A DNA stretch of 64,000 nt from Alphaproteobacteria bacterium. GTDB lineage: Bacteria; Pseudomonadota; Alphaproteobacteria; MPNO01. Below the pieces are notes generated by a model that did no database searches, was not told where the DNA came from, and was given only the letters and a program-made list of their open reading frames with translations. Numbering within the stretch: the first letter of the stretch is position 1; the number at the start of each line of letters is the position of its first letter. A program made the position numbers and the translations under genes. Positions 1 to 10,923 of the stretch are shown piece by piece. Location of the stretch: positions 2,432,001-2,496,000 of the forward strand of contig OZ219866.1 of assembly GCA_964291675.2 (NCBI GenBank), given 5' to 3'.

Positions 1-800
1 TTTCCGCTGGCCGGGATCGTCACCGGTCTGATCGGCGTGCTGATCGCCATCCCGGCGCTCCGGCTGCACGGCATCTATCTCGCCATCGCGACATTGGCGC
101 TCTCCATCCTGACCGAGGACATCGTCGTGCTGGCCGAGCCCTGGACCGGCGGCGTGGTCGGCATGACGGCGCCGGCAATCTCGATCGCCGGGTGGGAGGT
201 CGACCGGCTGGCCTCGCCCGACCGGTTCTACTGGCTCTGCCTCGCCGTCGCCGTGCTGGTGACGCTCGGCTACCGCAACATCCTGCGCGCGCCGCTCGGA
301 CGCGCGTTCGTGGCGATCCGCGATTCCGAGATCTCGGCCCAGGCCATGGGGGTGGACCCGGCGCGGACCAAGGCGGCGGCCTTCGGGCTGTCCTGCATGA
401 CCACCGGCTGGGCCGGCGCGCTGATGGGGCATTTCTTCTTCACCTTCAACCACGAGGTCTTCACCGTGGTGATCTCGATCCAGCTCCTGCTGATGATCGT
501 GATCGGCGGTCTCGGCTCGATCCAGGGCGCCTATTACGGCGCGGCGGTCGTCGGCATCGTGCCGCAGGCGATCAACCTCGCGCGCGACGGGATCGCCGGG
601 GCGCTCGGCGGCGGCGCGGTCGCGATCCCCGGACTCGAAGCCGGAATTTTCGGGCTGATCCTGATAGTCTTCATCCTGTTCGAGCCGCTCGGCATCCACG
701 GGCGGCTCGTCAAGTGGAGACTCTATTTCGAGCTGTTCCCGTTCTACCGCCGCGACATGTTTCGCCGTCAACGAAGCTATTTGAAGACCGAGCGGCTGCG

Positions 801-804
<4 letters not shown>
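1..804 (+). CDS. livM: Branched-chain amino acid-type ABC transporter permease (LivM-like), 5'-truncated by the window edge
   Basis: Frame open from base 1 (FPLAGIVTGLIGVLIAIPALRL..). Motifs GIYLAIATLA, GRAFVAIRDSEISAQAMGV and IGGLGSIQG; hydrophobic. Stop overlaps the next ATG (ATGA at 801-804). Confidence 0.9.
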
Positions 805-1570
<766 letters not shown>

Positions 1571-1574
<4 letters not shown>

Positions 1575-2344
1575 GCGATGCGCTTCTGGAGGTCCGCAAT
1601 CTGGAGAGCTTCTACGGGCCGATCATGGCGATCCGCGGCGTGAGCCTCGACGTCCGCGAGGGCAGCACGGTCGCGGTGCTGGGCGCGAACGGGGCGGGAA
1701 AGACCACCCTGCTGCGCACCATCTCCGGCATCATGGACCCGGAGAAGGGCGAGATTCGCCTGGCGGGCGAGCCCATCGCGGGCGGCGATCCGGACCGGAT
1801 CGTGCGGAAGGGCGTCGTCCACGTGCCCGAGGGGCGGGAGGTGTTTCCCCTGCTCAGCGTCGAGGAGAATCTCCGGATGGGCGCCTATACGCGCCGGGAC
1901 GACGGGGTGGACGGCGACTTCGAAACGGTGCTGCGCTACTTCCCGGTGCTGAAGGCGCGTCTCGGCCAGCCCGCCGGCACGCTGTCCGGCGGCGAACAGC
2001 AGATGCTGGCGATCGCGCGCGGGCTGATGGCGCGCCCCAAAATCATGTTGCTGGACGAGCCCTCGCTCGGTCTCTCGCCCATCATGGTGCGCGATATCTT
2101 CGCCATCATCCGCCGCCTCAAGGACGAGCGCGGCGTGACCATGCTCCTGGTCGAGCAGAACGCCCGGATGGCGCTCGGCGTCGCGGATTTCGGCTATGTC
2201 ATGGAGACCGGACAGATCGTGATGGACGGCCCGGCCGGCCGGCTCGAACGGAGCCGCGACGTCCAGGAGTTCTATCTCGGCGCGCGCGAGGCGGGCGTGT
2301 TCGCCGAGCGGCGCTGGAAGCGCCGCAAGACCTGGCGATCGTGA
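1571..2344 (+). CDS. livF: ABC transporter ATP-binding protein (LivF-like)
   Basis: GANGAGKTT, VPEGREVF, LSGGEQQML, LLDEPSLGL, VEQNA. Confidence 0.92.
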
Positions 2345-2352
2345 GGCGGGCG

Positions 2353-4182
2353 ATGGATTACGGCGACCATGCCCCATGCAGCATCGACGGCTGCGACACC
2401 CTGGCGAAGCTGTTCCTCGAGCGCTGCGCGGCGCTCGGCGAACGGACGGCGCACCGGGAGAAGACGCTCGGCGTGTGGCAGAGCCATTCCTGGACGGCGT
2501 TTCTCGACTCCGCCCGCGCGATCGGGCTCGGGCTCGCCGCGCTCGGGCTGGAGCGGGGCGAGGTCGTCTCCATCCTCTCCGAGGACAACAAGGAGTGGAT
2601 CTATGCCGATCTCGGCGTGCAGTGCATGGGCGGCATCGTCTCCGGCGTCTATCCGACCGACAGCGCCGGGCAGGTGGCGTTCCTGCTCCAGGATTCCGCG
2701 AGCCGCTTCCTGATCGTCGAGAACGCGGAACAGCTCGACAAGTTCCTGCAAATCCGCGGCCGGGTTCCGGGGATCCGGAAATGCGTCGTCATCGACCGCG
2801 AGGGGCTGCACGATTTCGACGATCCCGAGATCCTGTTCCTCGGCGAGCTCTGCGCGATCGGCCGCGAGGCGCACGACCGGGAACCCGACCGCTTCCGGTG
2901 CGAGGTCGAGGCCTCGCGCCCCGACGATACCGCGATCCTGATCTACACCTCCGGCACCACCGGCAGGCCCAAGGGCGCGATGATCTCGCACCGCAACATC
3001 CTCTGCTCGGCGGCCTCCGCGCTCGATGCGCTGCCCACCAGGGAGGGGGACGAGCAGCTCTGCTTCCTGCCGCTCTGCCACGTGCTCGAGCGGCTGGTAT
3101 CGGTGTTCGTCCCGATCGCGGCGAAGTCGGTGGTGAACTTCGCGGAGAGCGTCGAGACGGTGTTCGACAATCTGCGCGAGGTCTCGCCGGCATCGTTTAC
3201 CGCGGTCCCGCGGATCTGGGAGAAGATCCACTCCCGGGTCTCGCTGATGTCGCAGGAAGCCACCGCGACCGGAAGCTGGGCCTATCGGCGGGCGCTGGCA
3301 TGCGGGATGGCGCGCGCGGAATGCCTGCTGGAAGGACGGCCGGTCCCTCGGCCGCTGAAGCTGCGCTACCGGTTCTGGGACCGGCTGGTGCTGGCCAATC
3401 TCAGGCGCATGACCGGCCTCGACGGCGCGCGCTATATCGCAACCGGGGCGGCGCCGATATCGCCCGACCTCGTCAAGTGGTACTGGGCGATCGGCCTGGT
3501 CATGCTGGAAGGCTACGGCCAGACCGAGAGCTCGGGCGTCCTTTCGGTGAACCTGCCGGACCGCCTTGCGCTCGGCTCGGTCGGTCCCGCGGTCCCCGGC
3601 GTGGAGATGAAAATCGCCGCCGACGGGGAGATCCTCGCCAGGGGCCCGCTCGTGTTCCAGGGCTACTGGAACGATCCCGCGCTCACCGCCGAGACCGTCC
3701 GCGACGGGTGGCTGCACACCGGCGACGTCGGATTCGTGGACAATCGCGGCTTCTTCTGGATTACCGGGCGCATCAAGGACATCATCATCACCGCCGGCGG
3801 GAAGAACGTCAGCCCCGCGGGGATCGAGAACCGGATGAAGTTTTCGCCCTATGTCTCGGACGCGATCGTGGTCGGCGACAGGCGCCGCTACCTCACCGCG
3901 CTGGTCATGATCGACCGGGAGAACGTGGAGCGGTTCGCGCAGGAGAACCGCGTGCCGTTCTCGGACTACGCCTCGCTCTGTGCCGCGCCGCCGGTGCGCG
4001 CGCTGATCCGCGGCGAGATCGAGGCGGTCAATGCCGGCCTCGCCCCGGTGGAGCAGGTCAAGGACTTCCGGCTGATCGACATCGTCCTGACCGCCGAGGA
4101 CGACGAGATGACGCCGACCATGAAGCTTCGGCGCGGCTTCGTCGAACGCCGGCACGAAGCGTTGATCGCACAAATGTATTGA
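2353..4182 (+). CDS. Long-chain fatty acid-CoA ligase (AMP-binding family)
   Basis: AMP motif IYTSGTTGRPKG, EGYGQTES, GWLHTGDVG, ITGRIKD, TPTMKLRR. Start is ATG 2353 or GTG 2341. Confidence 0.88.
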   Translation: MDYGDHAPCSIDGCDTLAKLFLERCAALGERTAHREKTLGVWQSHSWTAFLDSARAIGLGLAALGLERGEVVSILSEDNKEWIYADLGVQCMGGIVSGVYPTDSAGQVAFLLQDSASRFLIVENAEQLDKFLQIRGRVPGIRKCVVIDREGLHDFDDPEILFLGELCAIGREAHDREPDRFRCEVEASRPDDTAILIYTSGTTGRPKGAMISHRNILCSAASALDALPTREGDEQLCFLPLCHVLERLVSVFVPIAAKSVVNFAESVETVFDNLREVSPASFTAVPRIWEKIHSRVSLMSQEATATGSWAYRRALACGMARAECLLEGRPVPRPLKLRYRFWDRLVLANLRRMTGLDGARYIATGAAPISPDLVKWYWAIGLVMLEGYGQTESSGVLSVNLPDRLALGSVGPAVPGVEMKIAADGEILARGPLVFQGYWNDPALTAETVRDGWLHTGDVGFVDNRGFFWITGRIKDIIITAGGKNVSPAGIENRMKFSPYVSDAIVVGDRRRYLTALVMIDRENVERFAQENRVPFSDYASLCAAPPVRALIRGEIEAVNAGLAPVEQVKDFRLIDIVLTAEDDEMTPTMKLRRGFVERRHEALIAQMY

Positions 4183-4201
4183 CCGGAGAAGGAGACCGGA
4201 A

Positions 4202-5353
4202 ATGAGAATTTCGAGGATACTCGCCATCGCGGCGTTCGCCGCGACGCCCGCCTTGGCGGACCAGGGCGTGAGCGACAACGAAGTCGTCATCGGTTCGGTC
4301 AGCGACCTGTCCGGACCCTTCGCCGCCTTCGGCGCGCCCTCCGTCAAGGCCGCGCAGATGCATTTCGAGGCGGTGAACGCGGCCGGCGGCGTGCACGGCC
4401 GGAAGATCCGTTTCGTCGTCGAGGACAGCTCCTACCAGATGCCGAAGGCGCTGCAGGGCTACAACAAGCTGGTCAACCGCGACAAGGTGTTCGCGATGCT
4501 GCTCTCGCTCGGCACGCCGATGAACCTCGCCGGGTTCAAGCTGACGACCCCGAAGAACATCCCTAACGTCTTCCCGATGTCGTCGGCGCGGCAGATACTG
4601 AACGAGCCCGTCCGGCTGCGCTTCGCGGGCGGCGGCTTCTACTACGACCAGCTTCGCCAGGCGGCCCGCTACATGGCCAGAACGCATGGCGTCTCGAAGC
4701 TGTGCACGATGTACATCCCGACCGATTTCGGCAAAGAGATCAAGGCCGGGCTGGTCGACGAGGCCGCCGCCAACGCCGCGCTGACCTATGTCTCGGAGAC
4801 CGCGCACAAGCTGGACGAGGCGGACTTCGTCGGCTCCTTGCAGAAGCTGAAGGCGGGGGGATGCCAGATGATCGGCCTCGCGCTCGGCATTCGCCAGACC
4901 ATCACCGTGCTGGGAACCGCGAAGAAGCTCGGCCTTGCCGGCATCAAATTCGTCGGCTCGGCGGGCGCGTTTCACACCGTGATCGCCAAGGTGCCCGGCG
5001 GAGTCACCGAGGGCTTCTATGCCGCCGCGGGCTGGTCCGACCTCGCCTCGCGGGCCGACCGCAAGGAGCCGGCGGCCTTCATCGCGGCCTACAAGAAGGC
5101 GCACGGCGAGTTTCCCGGCACCGGCGCGCTGCTGGGCTATGCCGGCGCGGTGGAATTCACCATGGCGCTGGAGAAGGCGGGGCGCGCGCTCGACGTCGAC
5201 AGCTTCCTGAAGGCGATGGAGAGCCTCGACTACTACAATCCCTATCTCGACGCCCAGGTCTCGTATTCCGCCGACGACCATCAGGGCGCCGACTCCACGG
5301 TGCTCTCGGTGGTCGAAAAGGGCGGCTGGAAGGAGGTCGCGCGCTTCGAGTAA
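4202..5353 (+). CDS. ABC transporter substrate-binding protein (LivJ/K-like, PBP1 fold)
   Basis: Signal peptide; QGVSDNEVVIG, DLSGP and VNAAGGVHGRKI motifs; AAGGAG RBS upstream. Confidence 0.88.
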   Translation: MRISRILAIAAFAATPALADQGVSDNEVVIGSVSDLSGPFAAFGAPSVKAAQMHFEAVNAAGGVHGRKIRFVVEDSSYQMPKALQGYNKLVNRDKVFAMLLSLGTPMNLAGFKLTTPKNIPNVFPMSSARQILNEPVRLRFAGGGFYYDQLRQAARYMARTHGVSKLCTMYIPTDFGKEIKAGLVDEAAANAALTYVSETAHKLDEADFVGSLQKLKAGGCQMIGLALGIRQTITVLGTAKKLGLAGIKFVGSAGAFHTVIAKVPGGVTEGFYAAAGWSDLASRADRKEPAAFIAAYKKAHGEFPGTGALLGYAGAVEFTMALEKAGRALDVDSFLKAMESLDYYNPYLDAQVSYSADDHQGADSTVLSVVEKGGWKEVARFE

Positions 5354-5398
5354 CGCGCTGGAGCCTCTCCTTTCTGGATGGAACCGAAGCGGCGTCGC

Positions 5399-5507
5399 GT
5401 CCCTCGATACGGCGCTTCGCGCCTACTCGGGATGAGGGAGGGTTATTGAGGCCGCCCTACATCCCTCCTCATCCTGAGTAGCCCCCGAAGGGGGCGTATC
5501 GAAGGAC
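5399..5507. repeat. Intergenic palindromic (REP/RIME-like) element, copy 1
   Basis: Nested inverted repeats GTCCCTCGATACG..CGTATCGAAGGAC and CTACTCGGGATGAGG..CCTCATCCTGAGTAG. A similar copy lies at 19364-19481. Located between convergent genes. Confidence 0.8.
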
Positions 5508-5530
5508 AGCCCCGGCCGCGGCGGGGAATC

Positions 5531-7858
5531 CTAGTTTCTGAGCGGCTTGCCGGTCTCCAGCATGTGCTCCATGCGGGCGATGGTGGCCGGCATGCGGATC
5601 AGGGCGAGGATCGCCTGGCGCTCCAGCTCCGAGAGCCGCGCCTCCGGGATGTCCCGGGTCGCGTCGGTGTCGCCGCCCGTCAGCACCGTCCCCAGACGGT
5701 CCACCACCTCGAGGTCGTGGGCCGTCGCCTTGCCGGTCTTGGCGAGCCCCTTGACCGCCATCTTGAGCGCGATGCGCCCGGTCTTGCCCGGCAGCCTGAT
5801 AGTCGCGGGCTCGGGCGCGGCATAGCCCTCGGCGAGCGCCAGCGCCCTCGCCCTGGCATCCGCCAGCAGGCGGTCGCGGTTGGCGCTGATGCCGTCGCCG
5901 TCGCGCAGGAAGCCGAGCTTGCGGGCCTCCTTCGCCGAGCGCGACACCTTGGCGAGGCCGATGGTCTCGAACGCCCTGGATATCGCCGTCATCGGACCGC
6001 CGAGCCCGGGGCCCTTCGCGGCGAGCCCGCGCAGCATCATCTCCTTGCAGCCGCCCCATCCCGGGACGATGCCGACGCCCGCCTCGACCAGCCCGATATA
6101 GCTCTCGGCGTGGGCCTGCACGGCATCGCAGTGCAGCAGGACCTCGCAGCCGCCGCCGAGCGCCATGCCGGAGGGCGCGCCGACCACCGGGAAGGGCGCG
6201 AATTTGAGCGCGTTGAAGGCGTCCTGGCCTCCCTTCAGCGTCTCCTCGATCATCGGCCAGGCGCCGACATTGAGGGCGAACAGGGCAAGGCCGAGATTCA
6301 TCCCGACCGAGAAATTGCCGCCCTCGTTGTGGATCACCAGGGCCGTCATGTCGCGGCCCACGATCTCCACCGACTCCTGGATCAGCGCCATGATGTCGGG
6401 GTCGAGCGCGTTCATCTTGGAATGGAATTCGAGGCAGGCGACGCCATCCCCGAGATCCCACAGGCTGGCCGAGCCGTTGCCCGCGAGCCGGGGTCCGGCG
6501 CGCTTCACGTCCGACAGCAGGAGCACGCCCGGCGGCCGCGCCACCGGGGCGTATCCGCCCGCGACGGCGAAACGCTCCAGCCGGCCGTTGGCGGACCGGT
6601 AGAACCCGCCCGCATCGGCGGCGGCGCGCAGCAGCGCCGGCACCGCGCGGCCTTCGCCGTCGAGCCGGCCGGCGAACCAGGCCGCGCCCACCTCGTCGAT
6701 CAGCTCGAACGGGCCGCGCTTCCAGTTGTAGCCGAGGCGCATCGCGCGATCGACCGCCTCGACATCGTCGGCGATCTCCGGCACCAGCCCGGCGGCGTAG
6801 GCGAGGGTCCCCGACATCACCCGCCAGGCGTACTCGCCCGTCCGGTCGGGGAATTCGAGGAGCGCGCGGAGCGAGCTTCCGGCCTGCTCGATGCTCTCCA
6901 GCCGGGGGCGCAGCGCCGGCCCGTACTCGCCGGACCGGAGGTCGATGACCTGCTTGTCCCGCTTCCCGGAGTCCGGGTCGAGCCGGTAGAACCCGCCCTT
7001 GCCCTTGCGGCCGGTATAGCCCTCGGCGATCATCGAGCGGACGATCTCGGGTTCGCCGTAGACGTCGCGGAGCGGGTCGTCCGCCGGCAGCGCGTCCCTC
7101 AGGCTCCGGCCCACCAGCGGCATCAAGTCGAGCCCCACCAGGTCGATCAGCCCGAAGACGCCCGTCCTCGGGACCCCGATGGGGCGGCTCATCAGGGCGT
7201 CCGCCTCTTCCACCGTCACCCCGCCGTCGAGCGCCGCGCCGATGGCCGCGACGAGCCAGTAGGTGCCGATGCGGTTGGCGATGAAGCCCGGCGTGTCGTT
7301 GCACGCAACGACGCTCTTGCCGAGCTTGCGGTCGGCGAAGTCCGCTACGTCCGCCACCGCTTCGCCGCGCGTCGCCGGCCCGGCGACCGCCTCCAGCAGG
7401 CGCATGTAGCGCGGCGGGTTGAAGAAGTGGGTGATCAGGAAGTCCCGCGCGAACGCGTCGGGCATCCCGTCCGCCAGCACGCGCCACGGGATGGTCGAGG
7501 TGTTGGAGGAAACGATCGCGCCCGTCTTCCGTACCGGGTCGATCCGGCGATAGACCGCCTGCTTGACCGCGACCTTCTCGGTCACCGCCTCGACGATCCA
7601 GTCCGCGTCGGCCAGCAGATGCAGATGGTCGTCGAGATTGCCGGTGGCGATCCGCTTCGCGTCGGACGGGTCCATGAACGGCGCCGGGTCGCCCTTCAGC
7701 ATCCTGGCGACCGCACCCTCGGCGAGCGCGTTCCGGTCGCCGCCCCCCTCCGGCACGATGTCGAGAAGGACCGCCTCGTGGCCGCTATTGGCGACATGGG
7801 CGGCGATGGCGCCGCCCATCAGCCCCGCCCCGATGACGGCTACCTTCTCGATCGGCAT
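5531..7858 (-). CDS. 3-hydroxyacyl-CoA dehydrogenase / enoyl-CoA hydratase fusion (FadN-like)
   Basis: Start MPIEKVAVIGAGLMG at 7858. SSNTST, HFFNPPRYM, DTPGFIANRIG, then a crotonase domain with GMALGGGCE and GLVEAGVG. Confidence 0.92.
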   Translation of the reverse strand: MPIEKVAVIGAGLMGGAIAAHVANSGHEAVLLDIVPEGGGDRNALAEGAVARMLKGDPAPFMDPSDAKRIATGNLDDHLHLLADADWIVEAVTEKVAVKQAVYRRIDPVRKTGAIVSSNTSTIPWRVLADGMPDAFARDFLITHFFNPPRYMRLLEAVAGPATRGEAVADVADFADRKLGKSVVACNDTPGFIANRIGTYWLVAAIGAALDGGVTVEEADALMSRPIGVPRTGVFGLIDLVGLDLMPLVGRSLRDALPADDPLRDVYGEPEIVRSMIAEGYTGRKGKGGFYRLDPDSGKRDKQVIDLRSGEYGPALRPRLESIEQAGSSLRALLEFPDRTGEYAWRVMSGTLAYAAGLVPEIADDVEAVDRAMRLGYNWKRGPFELIDEVGAAWFAGRLDGEGRAVPALLRAAADAGGFYRSANGRLERFAVAGGYAPVARPPGVLLLSDVKRAGPRLAGNGSASLWDLGDGVACLEFHSKMNALDPDIMALIQESVEIVGRDMTALVIHNEGGNFSVGMNLGLALFALNVGAWPMIEETLKGGQDAFNALKFAPFPVVGAPSGMALGGGCEVLLHCDAVQAHAESYIGLVEAGVGIVPGWGGCKEMMLRGLAAKGPGLGGPMTAISRAFETIGLAKVSRSAKEARKLGFLRDGDGISANRDRLLADARARALALAEGYAAPEPATIRLPGKTGRIALKMAVKGLAKTGKATAHDLEVVDRLGTVLTGGDTDATRDIPEARLSELERQAILALIRMPATIARMEHMLETGKPLRN

Positions 7859-8994
7859 CAGGCGGCCTCGAGCACGGTGGAGATGCCCTGGCCGCCGCCG
7901 ATGCACTGGGTGACCAGCGCGTAGCGCTTGTCCTCGCGGCGCAGGAGCTGGGCCGCCTTGCCGGTGATGCGCGCGCCGGTGGCGCCGAGCGGGTGGCCGA
8001 TGGCGATCGCCCCGCCGTCGATGTTCATCCGCTCCAGGTCGATCGACAGCTCGCGCACGCAGGCGAGCGCCTGCGCCGCGAAGGCCTCGTTGAGCTCGAT
8101 CACGTCGATGTCGGCCATTTTCAGCCCGGCCCGGACGAGCGCCTTCTCCGACGAGACGACCGGGCCGTAGCCCATGATCTCGGGCGCGCATCCGGCGACG
8201 GCGATGGCCTTGATCCGGGCGAGCACGGCAAGCTCGTTGCGCGCCGCGAACTCCTCGGTGCAGACCAGCACCGCGGCCGCGCCGTCGGTCAGCGGGGACG
8301 AGGTGCCCGCGGTGACCGTCCCCTCCGCGTCGAAGGCGGGTTCGAGACCGGCGAGAACCTCCGCCGTCGTTCCCGGCCGGATGCAGCCGTCGCGCTCGAC
8401 CCGCCCGTCCCCGGTCTCGACGGCGATCACCTCGCCGGCGAACCTGCCGTCCTCCCAGGCCGCCGTGGCGCGGGCGTGGCTCGCTACCGCCAGCTCCTCC
8501 TGCTCCTCGCGGGTGATCTGGTACTTGCGGGCGAGGTTCTCGGCGGTGTCGCCCATCGCCATGTAGGCGCCCTCGTTCCTCTCATAGAGGTCGGGGTTGG
8601 GTGCCGGGTTGAAGCCGCCCATCGGCACGCGGCTCATCGATTCCACGCCGGCGCAGATGAACGCCTCGCCGGCCTCCATGCGGATCGCGCCGGCGGCGAT
8701 GTGGATCGCCTGCATCGACGAGCCGCAGAAGCGGTTGACGGTGGCACCCGCGACCGAGATCGGCAGATCCGCGACCAGACCCACGATGCGTCCCAAATTG
8801 AAGCCCTGCTCGCCCTCGGGGAACGCGCAGCCGACGATCAGATCCTCGATCTCCGCGGCATCGACGCCGGTCTCGGCGATCAGGCCCTGCACCACCTCGG
8901 CCGCGAGGTCGTCCGGCCGCTTCTCGACCAGCGCGCCCTTGTGGGCGAAGTGAAAGGGCGAACGGACATAGCCGGCGATGACGGGCTGGTTCAT
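7858..8994 (-). CDS. Acetyl-CoA C-acyltransferase (thiolase)
   Basis: NRFCGSS (catalytic Cys), NEAFA, GHPLGATG, QCIGGGQG. Confidence 0.95.
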   Translation of the reverse strand: MNQPVIAGYVRSPFHFAHKGALVEKRPDDLAAEVVQGLIAETGVDAAEIEDLIVGCAFPEGEQGFNLGRIVGLVADLPISVAGATVNRFCGSSMQAIHIAAGAIRMEAGEAFICAGVESMSRVPMGGFNPAPNPDLYERNEGAYMAMGDTAENLARKYQITREEQEELAVASHARATAAWEDGRFAGEVIAVETGDGRVERDGCIRPGTTAEVLAGLEPAFDAEGTVTAGTSSPLTDGAAAVLVCTEEFAARNELAVLARIKAIAVAGCAPEIMGYGPVVSSEKALVRAGLKMADIDVIELNEAFAAQALACVRELSIDLERMNIDGGAIAIGHPLGATGARITGKAAQLLRREDKRYALVTQCIGGGQGISTVLEAA

Positions 8995-9138
8995 GGCGGG
9001 GTTCCTCGCGCTGTGTTGGCCGTCGGCCGCGCGCCGAAGCGGGGACCGGAAATATGGAAACGCTCTATTGTAGCGTCAAGCCGTGGGACCATATCGACAA
9101 CGCCGCTATGCTCGCGCCAGAGACCGGGAGGGACCGCC

Positions 9139-10917
9139 ATGCAGACCTATCGCGCGCCGCTGCGGGAGATGCGCTTCGTGCTGCACGAGCTGCTGGACGC
9201 GAGCGCGCTTGCCGCGCTGCCGGGTCACGAGGAGGCGACGCCCGACGTGATCGACGCGATGATCGAGGAGGGCGCCAGGCTCTGCGAGAACGTGCTGCTG
9301 CCGCTCAACCGGTCGGCCGACGAGGAGGGCTGCCACTACGAGAACGGCGCGGTGCGCACGCCCGAAGGCTTCAAGGAGGCCTACCGGCGCTTCGTCGAGG
9401 CCGGCTGGACCGGCATCACCGTGGCGCCCGCCTATGGCGGCCAGGGACTGCCGGAGCTGGTCAGCGTCGCGTTCGACGAGATGGTGTGCTCGACCAACCT
9501 CGCCTTCGGCGTCTACCCGCTGCTCTCGCGCGGCGCGGCGGCGCTGATCGAGGCCCATGCGGCGGACGCCCTCAAGGACGCCTACCTGCCCCGGCTCGCC
9601 GACGGGAGCTGGTCGGGCACCATGTGCCTGACCGAGGCCCATTGCGGGACCGATCTCGGCCAGATCCGCACGAGGGCGGTCCCCGCCGGCGACGGCGCCT
9701 ATGCGATCACCGGCACCAAGATCTTCATCTCCGCCGGCGAGCACGACCTCACCGAGAACATCGTCCACCTGGTGCTGGCGAGGCTGCCCGACGCGCCGTC
9801 CGGCGTGCGCGGCATCAGCCTGTTCCTGGTGCCCAAGCGCAGGCTCGACGCCGACGGCTCGGCCGGCCCGGCGAACGGCGTCCGCTGCGGCTCGATCGAG
9901 CACAAGATGGGCATCCACGGCTCGGCCACCTGCGTGATGCATTTCGAGGCGGCGGAGGGCTATCTGATCGGCGCGCCGCATCAGGGGCTGCGCTGCATGT
10001 TCACCATGATGAACGGGGCGCGCCTCGGCGTCGGGCTCCAGGGCCTCGGCCTCGGCGAGACCGCCTATCAGAGCGCCGCCTCCTACGCCCGCGAGCGCCG
10101 CCAGGGGCGCGCGCTGAAGGGCGCCGCGGAGCCCGGGGCGGCGGCCGACCCGATCATCGTCCATCCCGACGTGCGGCGCATGCTGCTGACCGCCCGCGCG
10201 CTCAACGAAGGCGCCCGCGCGCTCGCCTACTGGATCGCGTTGCAGCTCGACATCTCGCGCAGTCACGCCGATGCGACGGTGCGCGAGGAGGCCGACGAGC
10301 TGGTCCAGCTGATGACGCCGATCATCAAGGCGTTCTTCACCGATTACGGCTTCGAGGCCGCCAACCTCGCCGTGCAGGTGCATGGCGGGCACGGCTATAT
10401 CCGCGAGCTCGGCATGGAGCAGCTGGTGCGCGATGCGCGGATCGGCCAGATCTACGAGGGGGCGAACGGTATCCAGGCGCTCGACCTCGTCGGCCGCAAG
10501 CTGCCCCGGCGGGCCGGGCGCTTCCTGCGGCATTTCTTCCACCCCGCGCTCGCCTTCGTAGACGAGAACCGCGACGACCCGGCGCTCGGCGATATCGTCC
10601 GACCGGTGGAAATGGCGCTCGGCCAGCTCCAGGCGGCGACGCTCGCCGTCGCCCAGCGCGGGCTGGGCGATCCCGAGGAGGCGGGCGCGGCGGCGTCCGA
10701 CTATCTGAAGATGTTCGGGCTGGTGGCGGTGGGCTTCATGTGGTGCCGCATGGCGAAGCTCGCGTCCGAGAAGCGGAACGGCGATGCGTTCTACGAGTCC
10801 AAGCTCAAGACCGCCCGCTTCTACGTGAAGAAGGTCCTGCCCGACTCGGCCGCGCTCTACCTCAAGATCATGGCCGGCAAGTCGACCGTCATGGCGCACG
10901 CCGCCGAGGAGTTCTGA
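9139..10917 (+). CDS. Acyl-CoA dehydrogenase (long form with C-terminal domain)
   Basis: Start MQTYRAPLREMRFVL at 9139 after GGGAGG. GTMCLTEAHCGTD, GTKIFIS, EHKMGIHGS, IYEGANGIQ. Confidence 0.93.
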   Translation: MQTYRAPLREMRFVLHELLDASALAALPGHEEATPDVIDAMIEEGARLCENVLLPLNRSADEEGCHYENGAVRTPEGFKEAYRRFVEAGWTGITVAPAYGGQGLPELVSVAFDEMVCSTNLAFGVYPLLSRGAAALIEAHAADALKDAYLPRLADGSWSGTMCLTEAHCGTDLGQIRTRAVPAGDGAYAITGTKIFISAGEHDLTENIVHLVLARLPDAPSGVRGISLFLVPKRRLDADGSAGPANGVRCGSIEHKMGIHGSATCVMHFEAAEGYLIGAPHQGLRCMFTMMNGARLGVGLQGLGLGETAYQSAASYARERRQGRALKGAAEPGAAADPIIVHPDVRRMLLTARALNEGARALAYWIALQLDISRSHADATVREEADELVQLMTPIIKAFFTDYGFEAANLAVQVHGGHGYIRELGMEQLVRDARIGQIYEGANGIQALDLVGRKLPRRAGRFLRHFFHPALAFVDENRDDPALGDIVRPVEMALGQLQAATLAVAQRGLGDPEEAGAAASDYLKMFGLVAVGFMWCRMAKLASEKRNGDAFYESKLKTARFYVKKVLPDSAALYLKIMAGKSTVMAHAAEEF

Positions 10918-10923
10918 GCGGGC

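Noticed and set aside
7993-9138. N-terminal extension of the acyl-CoA dehydrogenase (974-aa ORF)
   Set aside because: It is antisense to the thiolase; the true start with an RBS is at 9139.
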